DNA of 64,000 bases, taken from the NCBI GenBank assembly GCA_951406725.2, contig OX597819.1, forward strand, positions 46,190,001 through 46,254,000, read 5' to 3'. Origin of the DNA: Octopus vulgaris (taxonomy: Eukaryota). The notes beneath the pieces are model-generated. The model was not told the origin of the DNA, searched no databases, and saw nothing but the letters and a program-made list of their open reading frames with translations. A program made the position numbers and the translations under genes. Shown in pieces: positions 26,332-42,336 of the stretch. Every line of letters begins with the position of its first letter. Position 1 is the first letter of the stretch.

Positions 26332-27127
26332 CACAGGGAAAGAAAGGGATAGATACTTTTGTAGAAAGACAAGAAGAAAGAGGAAGTTGGGATGCTATAA
26401 AACTGTTCTACTAATTCCTCTCTCCCTATCTCGTCTTCTCCACCTGGTTCTCCTTCATTCTTCTGTTCTCTCTCTCTCTCTCTCTGTCGCTCTCTCTCTC
26501 ATCCTTTCCTTTATCTATGCACATGACCCGTGACTAATATTTCCCGTCTCTGTTTTCGGGTCAACTTTTCTCCTTATCTTACTAATTCTCATTGTTATAT
26601 CCATTTTTAGGTTTCTTCCAGGCGTTACCCGTCATTCTGTTTGGGAAGGTTCATATTATTTTTATCATTATACATTTGTTTACGTTCGTAATCCAGCCTA
26701 CTTGTTGTTGCTCGAGTATTCTAAATCTTGCGGCATTAAATCTCAGTCTTACCAGTTCACGAGTATTAGTGTGGCGATAACTGATGAAAGTAGAATTTCC
26801 TGTGTTTCTCTTACTGTTCGCTTTGTAGTATTTAAGGCATTTTTCAGTTATTGAGTAACTGAACGCCACGCATGATTTGGGGAAATTACTGATACAATGC
26901 CACACACACGCATACAAACACATACACGCATACACACATCAGACGCAAACACACACGAACACATACACGGGCAGCATATATGTATGGGGAACTGATTTGT
27001 TGAATGCTTGTGCGGTATGTACAAATAATTAGCAAAAAAAAAACAGCAAAAAACACGTTAAATATGTGCAAATTCATTTCCTTATTTTCTTTTGTATATA
27101 AACTGAATATAGATATTCAAACTGAAA

Positions 27128-27176
<49 letters not shown>

Positions 27177-27436
27177 TATACAAATACATATCAATCTATA
27201 TAAGATTAAGTTAAATATTGTCACACTAGATGCGCGCGTATATATATAACAAATATATATGGCATAAGAAACAACAAAATACACATATTATGCAGTGTTT
27301 TATAGCGTATGTACACACACACACACACTCACATATATATATACACATCCCACAGTGTACAATATATCGGTATCTTTCTATGAACTTACATACGTATTTA
27401 TATATGGTTTATCCATACTTTATATATATGTTTATA

Positions 27437-27526
<90 letters not shown>

Positions 27527-27600
27527 TGTGTGTGTGTAAATTTTTATATGCATGTATATATATATATGCATATATATATGCATATATATATATATATATG

Positions 27601-27690
<90 letters not shown>

Positions 27691-28457
27691 ATTTACTGTA
27701 TGTGTATATATACTCATATACACACATATACGCACATATATATTTATAGAAACACAGTGAAGTATTCTCTATGTGTGTTTAATTGTATACACAGAAAACT
27801 AAGCTCACCTTGTTTGGTGTTGTTATATGTGTGTGTGTGTATGTGTTTGTGTGTGTGTTTGTTTGTGTGCGTTTGTGTGAGTGTGTGTGTGTGTGTCTGT
27901 TTGTAAAAACAGTTATTACTGCCATATATCAGTGATGAAAAATGAATGGTCGTTCTGCAAAAAAGTTGCAAGATTTGAGAGAGGATAAAAAATAAGATTT
28001 GCAAAAAATTGCATGCCAAAAAAAACAAAACTAACATTGAAGAACAACAAGGAAGCAGAAACATACTGAAATCTATAATAATAATAATAATAATAATAAT
28101 AAACAGTAAAACGTATAGATATTGATATGTGAAAACAACCTATGATAGGTTTTGGTGAATACGAAAAAATAACACTCAAAATATGAAACACACTCATACG
28201 TATATATATATATATACACACATACAATATGCTCACACACAGACACGCACACAGTATATAGAAAGTAAATAAATAGATATTCTTTGAGTTTCTTATAAAC
28301 AGCAATCATATGTGAAAGGAAACAATGAAACCGCAAATACACACCATATATGTAATAAATATACATAGATACATACATACATACAAGCATACACACATAA
28401 ACACACACATTTACTATATGCATATATACATATATATATATATATATGTATATAAAA

Positions 28458-28506
<49 letters not shown>

Positions 28507-29045
28507 GTATGAATATATGTTGTTAGTTTGTACGTAATTTTGATGACACTGACTGAGCAGGATTTCAGTACGTACAGACACAAAAAAAAATTTAGCACTT
28601 GTATTGTAAGTATAGTGAGAATAAAAAATAAAAGTGAATGTTTGGTAATATATAAAAAAAAAGAAAATTAACACGCACGCAGACATCTCAGAAACATACA
28701 GGTATACATACACATGACCAAAAAGAAATTATAGTATTGTAAGTAGCGATATAGATAAGGAGATAATGCGTGAAAGGAGATAACATATACGTTGATAGAT
28801 GTGCAGAACTGTTGTGCATATTCATATATATATATATAGAGAGAGACTTACCATACATGCACACCTCCATATAGATACACATATAGATATACGTACACGT
28901 ATACACACAAACTACTCACATAGCCTTTGGGAGAGACACTATACAGGTACGTTGTGTGCTTATTAGGTACATGAATAAATGGATACAATATCTAATGTGG
29001 AAAACATGTACATTACTATCACACACACATATATACATATGCGCA

Positions 29046-29077
<32 letters not shown>

Positions 29078-30969
29078 AGTGTGTTTGTGTGTGTGTGTTT
29101 GTGTATGTATGTATGTATGTATGTATGTATGTATGTATGTATGTATGTATGTATGTATGCATCTATGTATCCACTTCAGTGTCCTGGGTTAGAACGTCAA
29201 TGTTTGATTCCCTATCCTGACTTAAGCTGTATTTTATCACTTAACGATTTTTTAACAAATTTCTTTTTTTTTTTAAATTTTATCGCTACACATAGATAAA
29301 CAATATTATTATCTTTGTCATCTGTGTCAACATCATTTTCGCCACCATAACTCTCATCCTTATCATTTCCCCCGTCATCGCAAGCATCAATGTCGTCGTA
29401 GAAGCTAGTAGGATCGTCAGCATGCTGGCCAAAATGCTTCATTACATTTCTTTCGACTCTTTCATTCTGAGTTCAAATACATCCGCGGTACACTTTGCCT
29501 TTCATCCTTTCTGGGTCGATAAAATAAAGTACGAACCAAATACCAGGTTGTCAAATATTGTCTTTGTACCTAAATTTAAAACTATTATTATCCTCATTGT
29601 CATGATATCATCGTCATCGTTTTCAGTTTCATCACCATCATCGATATCATAAGAACTATTTTAATCATTTCCTGTCATCATGATTTTCATCATCATCATT
29701 ATCATTATCATTATTGTCATCATGACTATTATCATCATCATCATCATTATCGTCATAGTCGCGGTTATCATGCTTGAGATGGAAATTTCGATTAGGACGG
29801 ATCAGACAATGTTGGTTATTTTAAGAAGGAGAATTTAGAAGAAAAAAATGATAACATAATATGATATTCTTATTGAAGAATAAAGGAAAATTAGATAAAA
29901 AAAATATCAAAGCATTTGGTTTACTTGGAAAATTATAAGATTCTCTAATAAAGGAAATGAAACGAAGAAACTTTGAACGAATGAAACTGTAAAAGAAAGA
30001 ATGGAGGAATTGAAAGATATATAAATTAGGAAGGAGCAAAACAGGGGCAAAAGAAGGAGGCAGTAAAATAATGGAATTACCTGAAGAGCCAGAAGAAAGA
30101 GAAAGAAAGAAAGAACGAAAGAAATGAAAGGTAAAATAAGAAAATGAGAACGAGTGAAAGAAATGAAAAAGTAACGTAAGATGAAGAAGGAACAGAATAT
30201 AATAATGAATGACAAAGAGAAAAGAAAAACAAATATGAAGAAAGAATTTGAGAAAGAATGATGCATATGAAAGAACAAATTGAAAAAGAATTAAAGAAAG
30301 AAGCAGAAAAACGAGCAGAAGAAACCAGGAGAAAAAAGGAAAAAATTAAGGAAATATTAAAAGAAAAATAAACACGAAAAGAATGAAAGAAAGGAAGGAA
30401 GAAATGTAGCAAGCAACAGTGAATTCACAAACAAACAAAACACGGGAAAACAAAAAAAAACATTGATGCACACATACATACACACACACAAACAGTACAG
30501 AGTACAGAAGCGAAGTTTCTTAGCGAGTTCAAAAGAATACAAATAAAAGGGAAATGCGAAGTGGGATAAGTAAAAGTCAAGTAGTAAGAAAGAAAGATTT
30601 TTCTAAGACATAGAGAAACAGTAGAGTGGTAAAGTGTAGAGAAAAGACATTTGTAAGACAGACAGCGAAACAAAACAAGAAAATGTTTGGAAATCATTAA
30701 AGTAAATGGTGAACCAAAAAGACAGACGTTAAAATACAATAAAACCAGAAGGATTCTAATAAAAGACGATATTAAGGAGTTTTCAATGAAAGAATAGATG
30801 ACATTGTTAAATATATAAATAAATAAATAGATAATACAAAGAATGTAGATAGTCCTTTTAGTCCTTATGGTTCTTTAGAGTTGTATAGGATCTTAACGTT
30901 TCTTCAGAAAGCGATGACAGCGACTCTATTATAGTGTACTTGGAAAAGATTTGGAGAGAGAAAGAAAGG

Positions 30970-31000
<31 letters not shown>

Positions 31001-31022
31001 AGAAAAGAGAGGGAGAAAGAGG

Positions 31023-31056
<34 letters not shown>

Positions 31057-31115
31057 TAGACGAGGGAAGAGAGTGAAAGAAGACATCACTGACACAGCCA
31101 GAAACGGATACGCAC

Positions 31116-31170
<55 letters not shown>

Positions 31171-32377
31171 ATGTGTCTAAAATACAACAATGAAATGCAG
31201 AGCAGTCAATGCGATGAAAGTAATTGTACTAAAGCTACAAGAGACTTAGATTGTTAACATATACATATATATATATATATGCATACACATATTCATATAC
31301 ATACATATATGTGTGTGTGTGTGTGTAAACGAAAATGTAACATTAAATGTGTATGCATATGTATGTGTGTGAGTGTGTGCGTGATTTCATGATTGTATTT
31401 GTATATATATAAAATAAAAAAAAGAACAAAAATAGTTCGATCGATGAAATAAAATTTGTACATAAAATAAGGATTTTAAAAAGAAACAATAAAATAGACA
31501 TAATAAGGTATATCAAAGATTTGAAAAAGAAAATATTCCCCCAAAAAAGTCTTTAAAAAATATATACACTAAAACTAATTCACAAAAGTTTGACTTTCTC
31601 AAGAAATAAATCTTCGTCACCATTTTCTTTTTATTTGATGTTTATTCGCTTTTATACGACATTTTTATCTCGTTTCTTTTACTCCTTATTTTTTTTCTTT
31701 AGTTTAATTCTATTTTATTTTCTAGTTAATTACCTGATATCCTCCAAGAGAAGAAAAACCAAAAATAAAAATAAAATGCTTGACAACTTGATAGACGGTT
31801 TATAAATACAAACCTGCTTGTGTACGTGCGTATGTGTTAATACGTATGTAAAGCCTATTCTTATGTATACATTGCGACGCGTTTGTGTTTGTGGGCATGA
31901 TATGTATGCGTATTTGTAGGTGTTTAGATGTCACTGCAGGTATACACGAAGAGTGGGGGGGGGGTCGGAGAAAGAAGAAGAAGAAGAAGAAGAATGCATG
32001 ACAAGAGAGTCAAAGATTCTCAGAATTGTCGTCTCGTTCGTAAGCCTGTAAAACGACGTCGTTTCTTAGATGGATTTTCTGGTTCATGTTATTTTGTTGT
32101 CACCGTTGATTTTCGTTATTTAAGAACTTGTTTTGTTGTTCTTCTTGTTGTTGTCGTCGTCGTCATTGTCGTTTTATTTCGTTGTTCTCGTTTCCCTTCT
32201 GTGCAGGAGAATTGTGTCACCAAGAGGTGATAAACAGTCACGTGTCTCACTTGTCACGATGTGATACGCGACAACACATACACATATACACGAATATCCG
32301 TCTCATTTTCGACACACACACACACATATACCGATATACACGTACATTACTACACACATATATATGTATAAATATAC

Positions 32378-32434
<57 letters not shown>

Positions 32435-33107
32435 TATATATATACGCATAAAAAATGACGGGAAATAGAACTCAGTGCATAAAAGTGCATTGTGCATACA
32501 TTCTATTTAATCGGTTGTGAATCGAGCTATGTAAATATTCAAACGATCAATACATGTGTGTGTGTTTGTGTGTGTGTGTATGCAAACGTGTGCATGCATG
32601 TGTATGTATACATGTGTATATATATTCATATGTGTGGATGGGCGCGGGCGCGCGTGTGTGTGTTCGTGTGCGTGTGTGTGTGCGTGTCTTTCTTTGACCC
32701 CCAACAACCGCTTGACAACTGTGTTTATTTAGTTTATTTATTCAAGTAATTGAGGGGGAGGGGATAAAAACCGATAGAGTACAGATCAGAATTTGAGTAC
32801 ATATATATATACTGAGTTCGATTTTCCCGTCGATAAACTTCAAGCTGTTGTCCACCGTGGACCAATGACTGAAACAAGTGAAAAGCCAAGTGTATAAAAG
32901 CAGGTATGCGTTGGTCTTGTTCGCACGTCTCTGGTGATGCTTCTGGAATATGGACAAGGCATTGATATATGTATGCATATGTGTGCGTATAAGAGCATGT
33001 GTATGTGACTGGGCGTATATATATATATTTATAAATACACACACATACACATATACACATACATGCATACATACATACATACATACATACATACATACAT
33101 ACATACA

Positions 33108-33139
<32 letters not shown>

Positions 33140-33185
33140 CATATAAATGTACATCTGTTTTAATTTAATTTAATTTTATGTCTTT

Positions 33186-33273
33186 ATGCAGCTGAAGATT
33201 GCTCTGCATTGAAATTCATGTAATGATTGCATTGTTCAATTAAATGGAGTTGCTTGAAAAAGTCGTACTGCAT
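33186..33273 (+). ncRNA. Hammerhead motif with long, degenerate stem II
   Basis: ATGCAG-CTGAAGA-...-GAAA-AAGTCG-TA-CTGCAT; perfect 6-bp stem I; the element sits between microsatellites. Confidence 0.55.
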
Positions 33274-33297
33274 TACCTCTGGGTACTATCCTTATTG

Positions 33298-33384
<87 letters not shown>

Positions 33385-33878
33385 AGCTTAAAGGCCGTAC
33401 TCCGTGCGAACTTTTCACCAGGCTCTTGCAGAGAGCTAATTGGGCCTACGACCCAAAACTAGGGACGGAATTAATGATAAAGCAGTTATTGGTACCCTAC
33501 AAATATGTTATTACCCTACAGCTATTTCATTACTTCAAATTCAACTGTGAGCATATAATAAATCCTCATCCAGACCTGATCCCAATGCTGAATGTTCAAG
33601 AACCAAATCAAGGGAAGTTTTCCAATCCCCGGGTCATCCTGATTCCAAAAAGATATAATATTACTATGTAGAGCAAATGTAGACTGAAATAAAGAGGTCC
33701 CGGTCGGATGGGTGGACGAACGGACAGACAGAATTTCGCCTTTATTATATGTATGCTTATGAATTGAGGATATAATCATTAAAATGATTATGTCACTGGC
33801 TACCGCATAAATTCCCATCATAACGGTAAAATTAATTTTTAAGTATATAATTATAAAACTATAATGATATCTAAAGGC

Positions 33879-34091
33879 GCTGGAATTCTTACGCCTTTAC
33901 GCTAGAAGTAGATGTCAAATGTCAACAATTCACTCTAAATTTGTTCTCTATTTACACCCCAAGGCTGAATGCGAGGTAGTGAGCAAGAAGATTTTCAAAT
34001 TTCGGCCTTGGATTGTAAATAGAGAACAAATGTAGAGCTGTTTGCAGATATTTGAGATCTACTTCTAGCGTACAGGTGTTGCCATTCCAGC
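33879..34091. repeat. ~210-bp imperfect hairpin (MITE-like fold-back)
   Basis: acgctagaagtagat..atttgttctctatttaca..ccaaggctgaa is mirrored by ttcggccttgga..tgtaaatagagaacaaat..atctacttctagcgt. Confidence 0.8.
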
Positions 34092-34116
34092 TGCTTCAAT
34101 TGCATGTATATATATA

Positions 34117-34183
<67 letters not shown>

Positions 34184-34282
34184 ATGCATATATATATATA
34201 TGTATATGTGTATATATATATAATATATATATAATATATACATAATATATATATATATATATATATAATTTGATGAATGTTC

Positions 34283-34992
<710 letters not shown>

Positions 34993-36739
34993 ATGTATGT
35001 ATGTATATATGTATATATGAATGTATATTATAAAACTGCTAACGATTTAGTGCAATTAATAATAATAAGTCTTGACCGTTATTAATACCATTTAGGTAAT
35101 GTTTGTTTGAGCGCCGTCGAATATACGAATAAACTACCATTTACTAACTATATTACAATATAATAATTATAGGAACTGAGAAGAAAGCATGTTTACAACT
35201 CCTTCCAGCCTTTCCTACTCAGCATCGAATCGTTTTGGCGCAGTCGCTGAATCATTTGTAATTCCCAACTGGCTGAAGCATCACACCCTATCTACTCCCA
35301 CACGTGTCCTTGATTGACCCAACCCTACTGAAACCCCAAACCGTCACTCCGCTATCTCGTCCTTCACACACATTATCGTCTGACCTCGCCATGATCCCCA
35401 AGATTTGTCTGTACATGAATATTTCTCTTAACGATTATAGCCGCATGCATTCTCTACTTCTGCAATTGTGCGATGTTCGTGCGTCTGTAAACGTAATGCT
35501 GACGACTTGGCTATGGATTGAAGCGCAGCAGCAATTCAACCCTATCGTGTCGTGGATGAATAAACTTGAAGAAAGAATTCAAGTAAAAATTAGATACAGC
35601 ACCATGACCAAAATCAATATCGATCAACGCTCAAGCATTTATATAACCAAAATGGTGGGAACGTTGTATCACGCCAAGTCACCAGTAAGCGACTTAATAG
35701 TCAGATGAAGTGGTGAATGTTAAATAGAGCCTATTTCCTTATTCAGAATGTAGTAATAGCAATATCAATGCAGCTAACTGATTTGTCCAAATCCATGACC
35801 ACTCTTGCAGTACAGAAATAAACATTCACTTGGTAGCAAGCACAACGCAATTTCAATATTTCTTTCTTTATTTTTTTTTTATGAATGTGTTTTCGGGAAT
35901 TTTTGTAAGTTTGTTAATTAAGTTTCGTGTTATTGTTATTACAAGCCCGTAACAAACGTTCTGAATTTCAAGTTCAACAAAGAGACGTGTGACGAGCAGG
36001 GAAGTGGAAAGAAGAGTATTTGTAGGTCTCAAAACGAACAGCATCTAATTAATAAAATCTGCCATGTCGCAGCAAAAGTAGAACGTAAAATGATTGATAA
36101 AAACCTGATTCCTTGCTCTTCGAAGATGTTTATGATGTCGCTCATCGCCTTCACTATATTCCACATTCCTTGCTGATGCAGAGAGAGACAAAAGGCATAT
36201 ATTCAAATCATTATTACGTACAAGATCTGAACATTGAAAACTGGCAGTCTAAACGTTGTCTCTGATATCATCATAAATGCCTTTCCGACGAGTCCGCTTT
36301 AGCTGCATTGTAGAAACTTAGCCCCGAGAAAATCAAAGCAGTAAACCTCATGGAATATATATTTTGACAGCAAGCCCTAGATCGCATAGATCAGAATATG
36401 GACCCTGGACCTGTGACTTCCTTAGAAAGTAACCCAGTGTTGTTTTAGCTTATATTAATGCAAACAGAAGGTCCATTTAAAATGTTTCCATAAAGACACG
36501 CTCAATTCGTCTAGGAAAACTATCATAAAGAAAACACAAAGAAACTTTTCGAAAAAAGAGATCGAAATATTTGTTCCATAGTCGATACAACTCGTTAAAA
36601 GCTTATTACAGATACGGTGGAGTGCAGTATCAGTGACCACGCCATACTTGTTGAAAGAAAAAAATTCATTATTATTATTGTATTTCTTTTACAAAATCTT
36701 TATAATATCCGAATGAATATAGAGACCGGTGTATATATA

Positions 36740-36783
<44 letters not shown>

Positions 36784-36784
<1 letters not shown>

Positions 36785-37700
36785 TAGCAGTATCGCCTGG
36801 CGTTGCTCGGGTTTGTAAGGGAAATAACTATATAAGCATTTTTAGTGAGTTATAGCAAAAATATAGCAAAAAATGCATTAAAAATGGAATAAAAAATGAT
36901 GGTAATTTTTTTTTTAAATCGTTGACTCATTGTAGACATTTTTAGAGAGCTACTTCCCTTATATAATAGCGAAAAATGCATTAAAATGGAATAAAAAATG
37001 ATGGTAAATTTTTTTTAAATCGTAGACTCATCGTAGACGCGCGCTAATACCCAGAAGGGCTCGATATGAATCACGACTATAAGATACCGGGTTTTGGTTA
37101 AACTGCACCGCAAAATGTGGGAGTAGTTAGGAATCTAAATCATAGGAGACAGACACACAACTTCACTTTTATATATAAAGATTTGTGCAACAACTAAAAC
37201 ATTCGGTTGTGCAAATTGTTTGCACAGGAAACCTACCCTGTGTGGCGGTAATTGCCGTTTTTGTGGATCTGTTTCAGCTTTTTTAGCGATTTCTGTTTTG
37301 GCGACTTCAAGCCATGAAGTCGTTGTTCTAAAAGAACGCTGGTCTCCTTGACAACGCATTACGACGTTGATTTCCTTAAACTCCCTTCCCCACAGCTTCA
37401 CGAGGGAGGGAAGAAGGGGCAGAAGCAAACACAGGTGCAGGTGTTTGAGCGTGGACGCCAATTCCGCCGCCATCGACACACGAAAAATTATGCATTAAAA
37501 TGGAATAAAAACTGATGTTAAATTATTTTTAAAATCGTAGACTCATCGTAGACTCGCGCTAATAGCCAGCCGGGCTCGATATGCATCACGACTATAAGAT
37601 ACCCGAATTTGGTTAAACTGCACCGCAAAATGTGGGAGTAGTTAGGAATCTAAATCGAAGGGGACAGACACTCACACAACTACAGTTTTATATATATAGA
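36784..37700 (-). mobile_element. Compound non-autonomous Helitron (two 5' ends, one 3' end)
   Basis: Reverse-complement 3' CTAG plus hairpin at 36784-36811; 5' TC-TATATAAAA ends at ~37181 and 37700; same family as 4616. Confidence 0.85.
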
Positions 37701-37811
37701 TATATATATATATATTTATATATATGTGTGTGTGTGTATGTATATGCATATATATATATGTGTGTGTGTGTGCGTATGTGTATATATATATATACACACA
37801 CACACATATAT

Positions 37812-38272
37812 ATTAATAGAATGCGATAAAAAATCCAAGGCTGTGTAAGTTTTCAGAACATTTATAAAGCTGTTTCCGGGATATTTTATATGTCTCTTCA
37901 TCAGAGACGGTGCGAGAAAATATTAAGTAATAGGTATTATAGAGAAGATATGAAATATAGAGTGAAGTGGAAGAATGAAAACAGACGTCAGATATGGAAG
38001 GATATTTTATCTGCAGTTCTATTATTTAAGTAAAATGGTGTATATATAAGTGTGTATCTTGGAATTCACACACAAGGTACAGGAAACTTATATATACACC
38101 ATTATGCTTAAATAATCGAACTGCACATACAAAAACCTTACATATCTCACGTCTGTTTTTATTATTCCACGTCATTCTATATTTTATATCCCGGAAACAG
38201 CTGTAAGACCTTCTCTTTATAAATATTCTGAAAACTTTCATAACCTTGGACTTTTTATCTCATTCTGTTAAT
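37812..38272. mobile_element. PLE-type inverted-terminal element with a split hammerhead
   Basis: Arms 37812-37890 and 38180-38272 are inverted. The minus arm gives GTCT-CTGATGA..ATATCCCG-GAAA-CAGCT and the plus arm gives ATATCCCG-GAAA-CAGCTG-TA-AGAC. Confidence 0.7.
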
Positions 38273-38461
38273 TTTTATATACATGCATGCTAGTTTACGA
38301 CCTACGCTAGTCTCCTCTTTTGTATCATAATCGAAACTGGAGCTTAACTAGGCTGTCCATAGCACTTACTCAGCATTACCTGACACGTCTGGGTCATCTT
38401 GACACCAATACCTATCATACTCTCGATATATATATAACTATCTATCTATATATATCTATAA

Positions 38462-38524
<63 letters not shown>

Positions 38525-38607
38525 TGTATGTGAATATATTTATGTATGTATACAGGTACGCATTTATGTATGTAAGGACGGATAGATGGATATGCGTGTG
38601 TTGAGGG

Positions 38608-38638
<31 letters not shown>

Positions 38639-38862
38639 TTGTATATACTCGTAGGGTTTATTTAATATCTAATGTATGAGGTACATTGATTTAATATGAA
38701 CCCGCTTGCCGCATGCGAACGTATTACACAAAAGAATAATCCATTACATTTATTGCTGAAAAACATGCAAGCATACTTACTTCAATCCATACATGAACAT
38801 ACTAGCACAGTGATATCTATATGCATATATATATATACATATACATATATATATATATATAC

Positions 38863-38905
<43 letters not shown>

Positions 38906-38945
38906 TATGTATGTATTTGTGTGAATGTGTGTGTGACTGTGACAG

Positions 38946-39150
38946 TACTCTTTTACACGTTTCCGTCATTTGACTGGCCATGCTGGACCACCGCCTTAAA
39001 GGGTTTAGTCGAACGAATCGAACCTAGGGCTTATTCTATGTAAGCCCAGTACTTATACTATCGGTCTCTTCTGCCAAACTGGTAAGTTACGGGGTCATAA
39101 GCACATGAACCTCGATTCTCAAGCAATGGTGGCGGGGAGAAACACAAACG
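38946..39150 (-). mobile_element. 3' part of tRNA/CORE-like SINE
   Basis: gtcatttgactggccatgctgga..ccgcc..ttagtcga..cccagtacttat..ctatcggtctcttctgcc matches the 45002-family tail. Confidence 0.65.
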
Positions 39151-39202
39151 CAAAGACGCACATATAAATATATACATATATATACATATATATATATATA
39201 TC

Positions 39203-39239
<37 letters not shown>

Positions 39240-39409
39240 TCTTCGTGGAAAATAGCGATTTTGACGTCTATATCTAGCATGTTGACCGTCCACTTTTAGT
39301 GCTCAGTCCTTTATATTTTGTATGTAAAATATTTTAATCTTCGGATTTTTTTAATATGCTAGGCCACTGGTTTTAATTGATTAATATCAATTTCTACGCA
39401 TATTAAATG

Positions 39410-39445
<36 letters not shown>

Positions 39446-39620
39446 GTTTAAATATTTGTTGTGCAAGATTTTTTATGTGAAGTTGTGAGTTGAAACAGAT
39501 AATGTTATATTTCGGAATGGTCATATTGCCAGTTTAGCCAATAAAAACACACGCACTATATATTTGGTGTTATTTTGCTTCAGTGTTATTTATTTTTTAC
39601 ATTAATCTTAATCTTATTTC

Positions 39621-39665
39621 GGCCAGAGTTCTTTCGTCACACTCCTGTGACCGCATCAGTGGTCC
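39621..39665 (-). ncRNA. Hammerhead variant (CUGAUGC core)
   Basis: Reverse complement GGACCA-CTGATGC-G-GTCAC aggagt GTGAC-GAAA-GAAC-TC-TGGCC, inside a (TA)n-flanked element at 39445-39760. Confidence 0.65.
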
Positions 39666-39779
39666 TTTGTTTTCTTCTTTCTTATTTGTGTCTCTCCTTA
39701 CTAACCGTCAGCCATTACGGTTTTTCCCTGTAAGTTTGGAATAATATTCCCTCATATTATATATATATATATCTATATA

Positions 39780-40288
39780 TCTATATATATAAAACTGTAG
39801 TTGTGTGAGTGTCTGTCTCCTACGATTTAGATTCCAAACTTCTCCCAAATTTTGCGGTGCAGTTTAACCAAATTCGGGTATCTTATAGTCGTGATTAATA
39901 TCGTGCCCGTCTGGCTATTAGCGCGCGTCTACGATGAGTCTACGATTTTAAAAATAATTTAACATCAGTTTTTATTCCATTTTAATGCATAATTTTTCGT
40001 GTGTCGATGGCGGCGGAGTTGGCGTCCACGCTCAAACACTTGCACCTGTGTTTGCTTCTGCCCCTTCTTCCCTCCCTCGTGAAGCTGTGGGGAAGGGAGT
40101 TTAAACGTCGTAATGCGTTGTCAAGGAGACCAGCGTTCTTTTAGAACAACGACTTCATGGCTTGAAGACACCAAAACAGAAATGGCTAAGAAAGCCCGAA
40201 TTGGCATCTATAAAGGAAGTAACTCTCTAAAAATGCTTATATAGTTATTTCCCTTACAAACCCGAGCAACGCCGGGCGATACTGCTAG
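39780..40288 (+). mobile_element. Non-autonomous Helitron
   Basis: TC start, cccgagcaacgccggg hairpin, CTAG end; high identity to 4616-5129. Confidence 0.88.
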
Positions 40289-40381
40289 TATATATATATA
40301 TATATATATAGTTATTCCAAACATGAAAACACAAGTATAGTGGAACAAGTATAGTGTTACTGGACGCTTAGGAAAGGAAAG

Positions 40382-40443
<62 letters not shown>

Positions 40444-40764
40444 GTGTGATTTTTCAGAAGAAATGTAATGTAAAATATGATATAAACGGGTAATCCATTT
40501 TATTTAATCATCCTGATTGATTTACTTAAACACTGATTGATTGGTATTATTTTCGATATGTACGTGCGTGTTTGTGCGTGTGCGTGAACGAATGAGTTTG
40601 TGCAAGCACTGAATCTAATTGACGCATACAGAAGATCGAAAGTCTTATTCTTATCATCATTGATGTTTCGCTAAGCTGTGTAAATAATTAAACGTAATAT
40701 AATTCTGTTGCTCGTCTAAAGACAATATGTCTTTATCTGTTTCTTTATCTTTATCTATCTATCA

Positions 40765-40822
<58 letters not shown>

Positions 40823-40850
40823 ATAAATATCTAGCATGTATATATATTAC

Positions 40851-40917
<67 letters not shown>

Positions 40918-40929
40918 TACAGATATATA

Positions 40930-41135
40930 TATGTGACCGCGTGTGTACCATTGGCGTTTTTCCCTCTGTCTTCCCTTCTCTGGATCTTTCTTTCTCCTAT
41001 GTTTCCGACGAAGAGCTCCGCTCGAAACGTTAAACCCTCCTTCTTTCCTTCTTTCCTGAGCGTCCAATAATACTATATTTGTGCCACGTCCTCGCGCTGT
41101 TGTGTTTTTTTGTGCTTTCATGTTTGGATTAACTA
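40930..41135 (+). mobile_element. Solo PLE terminal segment with minimal HHR (41001-41035)
   Basis: GTTT-CCGACGA-A-GAGC tcc GCTC-GAAA-CG-TT-AAAC followed by ttcctgagcgtccaata, as in the 12.2-kb PLE tail; (TA)n flanks. Confidence 0.78.
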
Positions 41136-41218
41136 TATATATATATATATATATATAACCAGGTGGTGCCATTAAGTTAGACATATTATTATTATTATAT
41201 ACACGTATTATATATGTG

Positions 41219-41315
<97 letters not shown>

Positions 41316-41362
41316 TAGCATCATAAGTAAACAGAAGATGCATTTGATATTAATCTTTATTT

Positions 41363-41468
41363 TGTACAACAGTTGTTTCGAGCCATCGTGTTACTGTCCC
41401 TTATGGGTGGGACTCCGTTCAACATATGGTGTTGCATCGATTTTGCAGTCGGGGCCTCATCACGTACA
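41363..41468 (-). ncRNA. Hammerhead motif with long stem II (core GUGAUGA, probably decayed)
   Basis: Reverse complement TGTAC-GTGATGA-GGCCCC..GGCTC-GAAA-CAACTG-TT-GTACA. Confidence 0.55.
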
Positions 41469-42160
41469 TCCATACATAAAGTTGTGCCTCGCTAAAGATT
41501 CTAAGTTTTGGCTGTCATGTTGTTATATGCCCGTCCGGTCAGGGAATAAAATATTGCTATAATTTTCAATTATTGTTATCTTTCTATTATAAGAATTGCA
41601 AACCATTGTAAATATAAACAAATAACTGTTGATAAAAAAAATTGTGAGAAAAGTGAATGGATAGACAGCGATGGACTGAGTTACATTGGGTCTAAGAGAA
41701 AGAAATGGTCCTAGAAAAAGGAAGGAAAGAATATATATACAGGCTAGAGTGCGTATGGAGCAAAAAGTTGTTTAGTCAACAAGCTTAGGTCAGGATACGT
41801 ATACACAGATTGACACACACATCCGCTCGTACATACACTCACACAAGAGACGGTAGCCAAGCCGCCCAAATGGTCAATTTCGGCCATAGTTATTATAATT
41901 TATGGGTGGAAGACAATCACATCAGATGTCTGTCATCACAGTTACCTCAAGACTAGGGTAGCTCGCAGAGAGTCTGACTCGCTCCACATCACATCCCAAC
42001 GCCTATATATACATGCATACATACACTCACACATACATATACATACACGTACCCACGTACATACTTACGTACATTTTTACATGCACACTCGCATGCTCAC
42101 ACACACAAGAGTACGCATATACCCATTCACACACACACACACACACACGCACACACACAG

Positions 42161-42196
<36 letters not shown>

Positions 42197-42336
42197 TACG
42201 GAGATGTACTTGCATAGCAAGTGATTTGATCTGAGATCGTGTGCTGGAACGAAAACAATTGCAGCGTGGAAGGTGTTTGTAAGCCATTTAAGAAACGCAC
42301 AAAAGCCATTCGATTCACTTCATCATTTAAGTTTAA

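Noticed and set aside
29820-30460. K/E-rich coiled-coil-like translation
   Set aside because: Low-complexity A/G-rich DNA with frequent stops.
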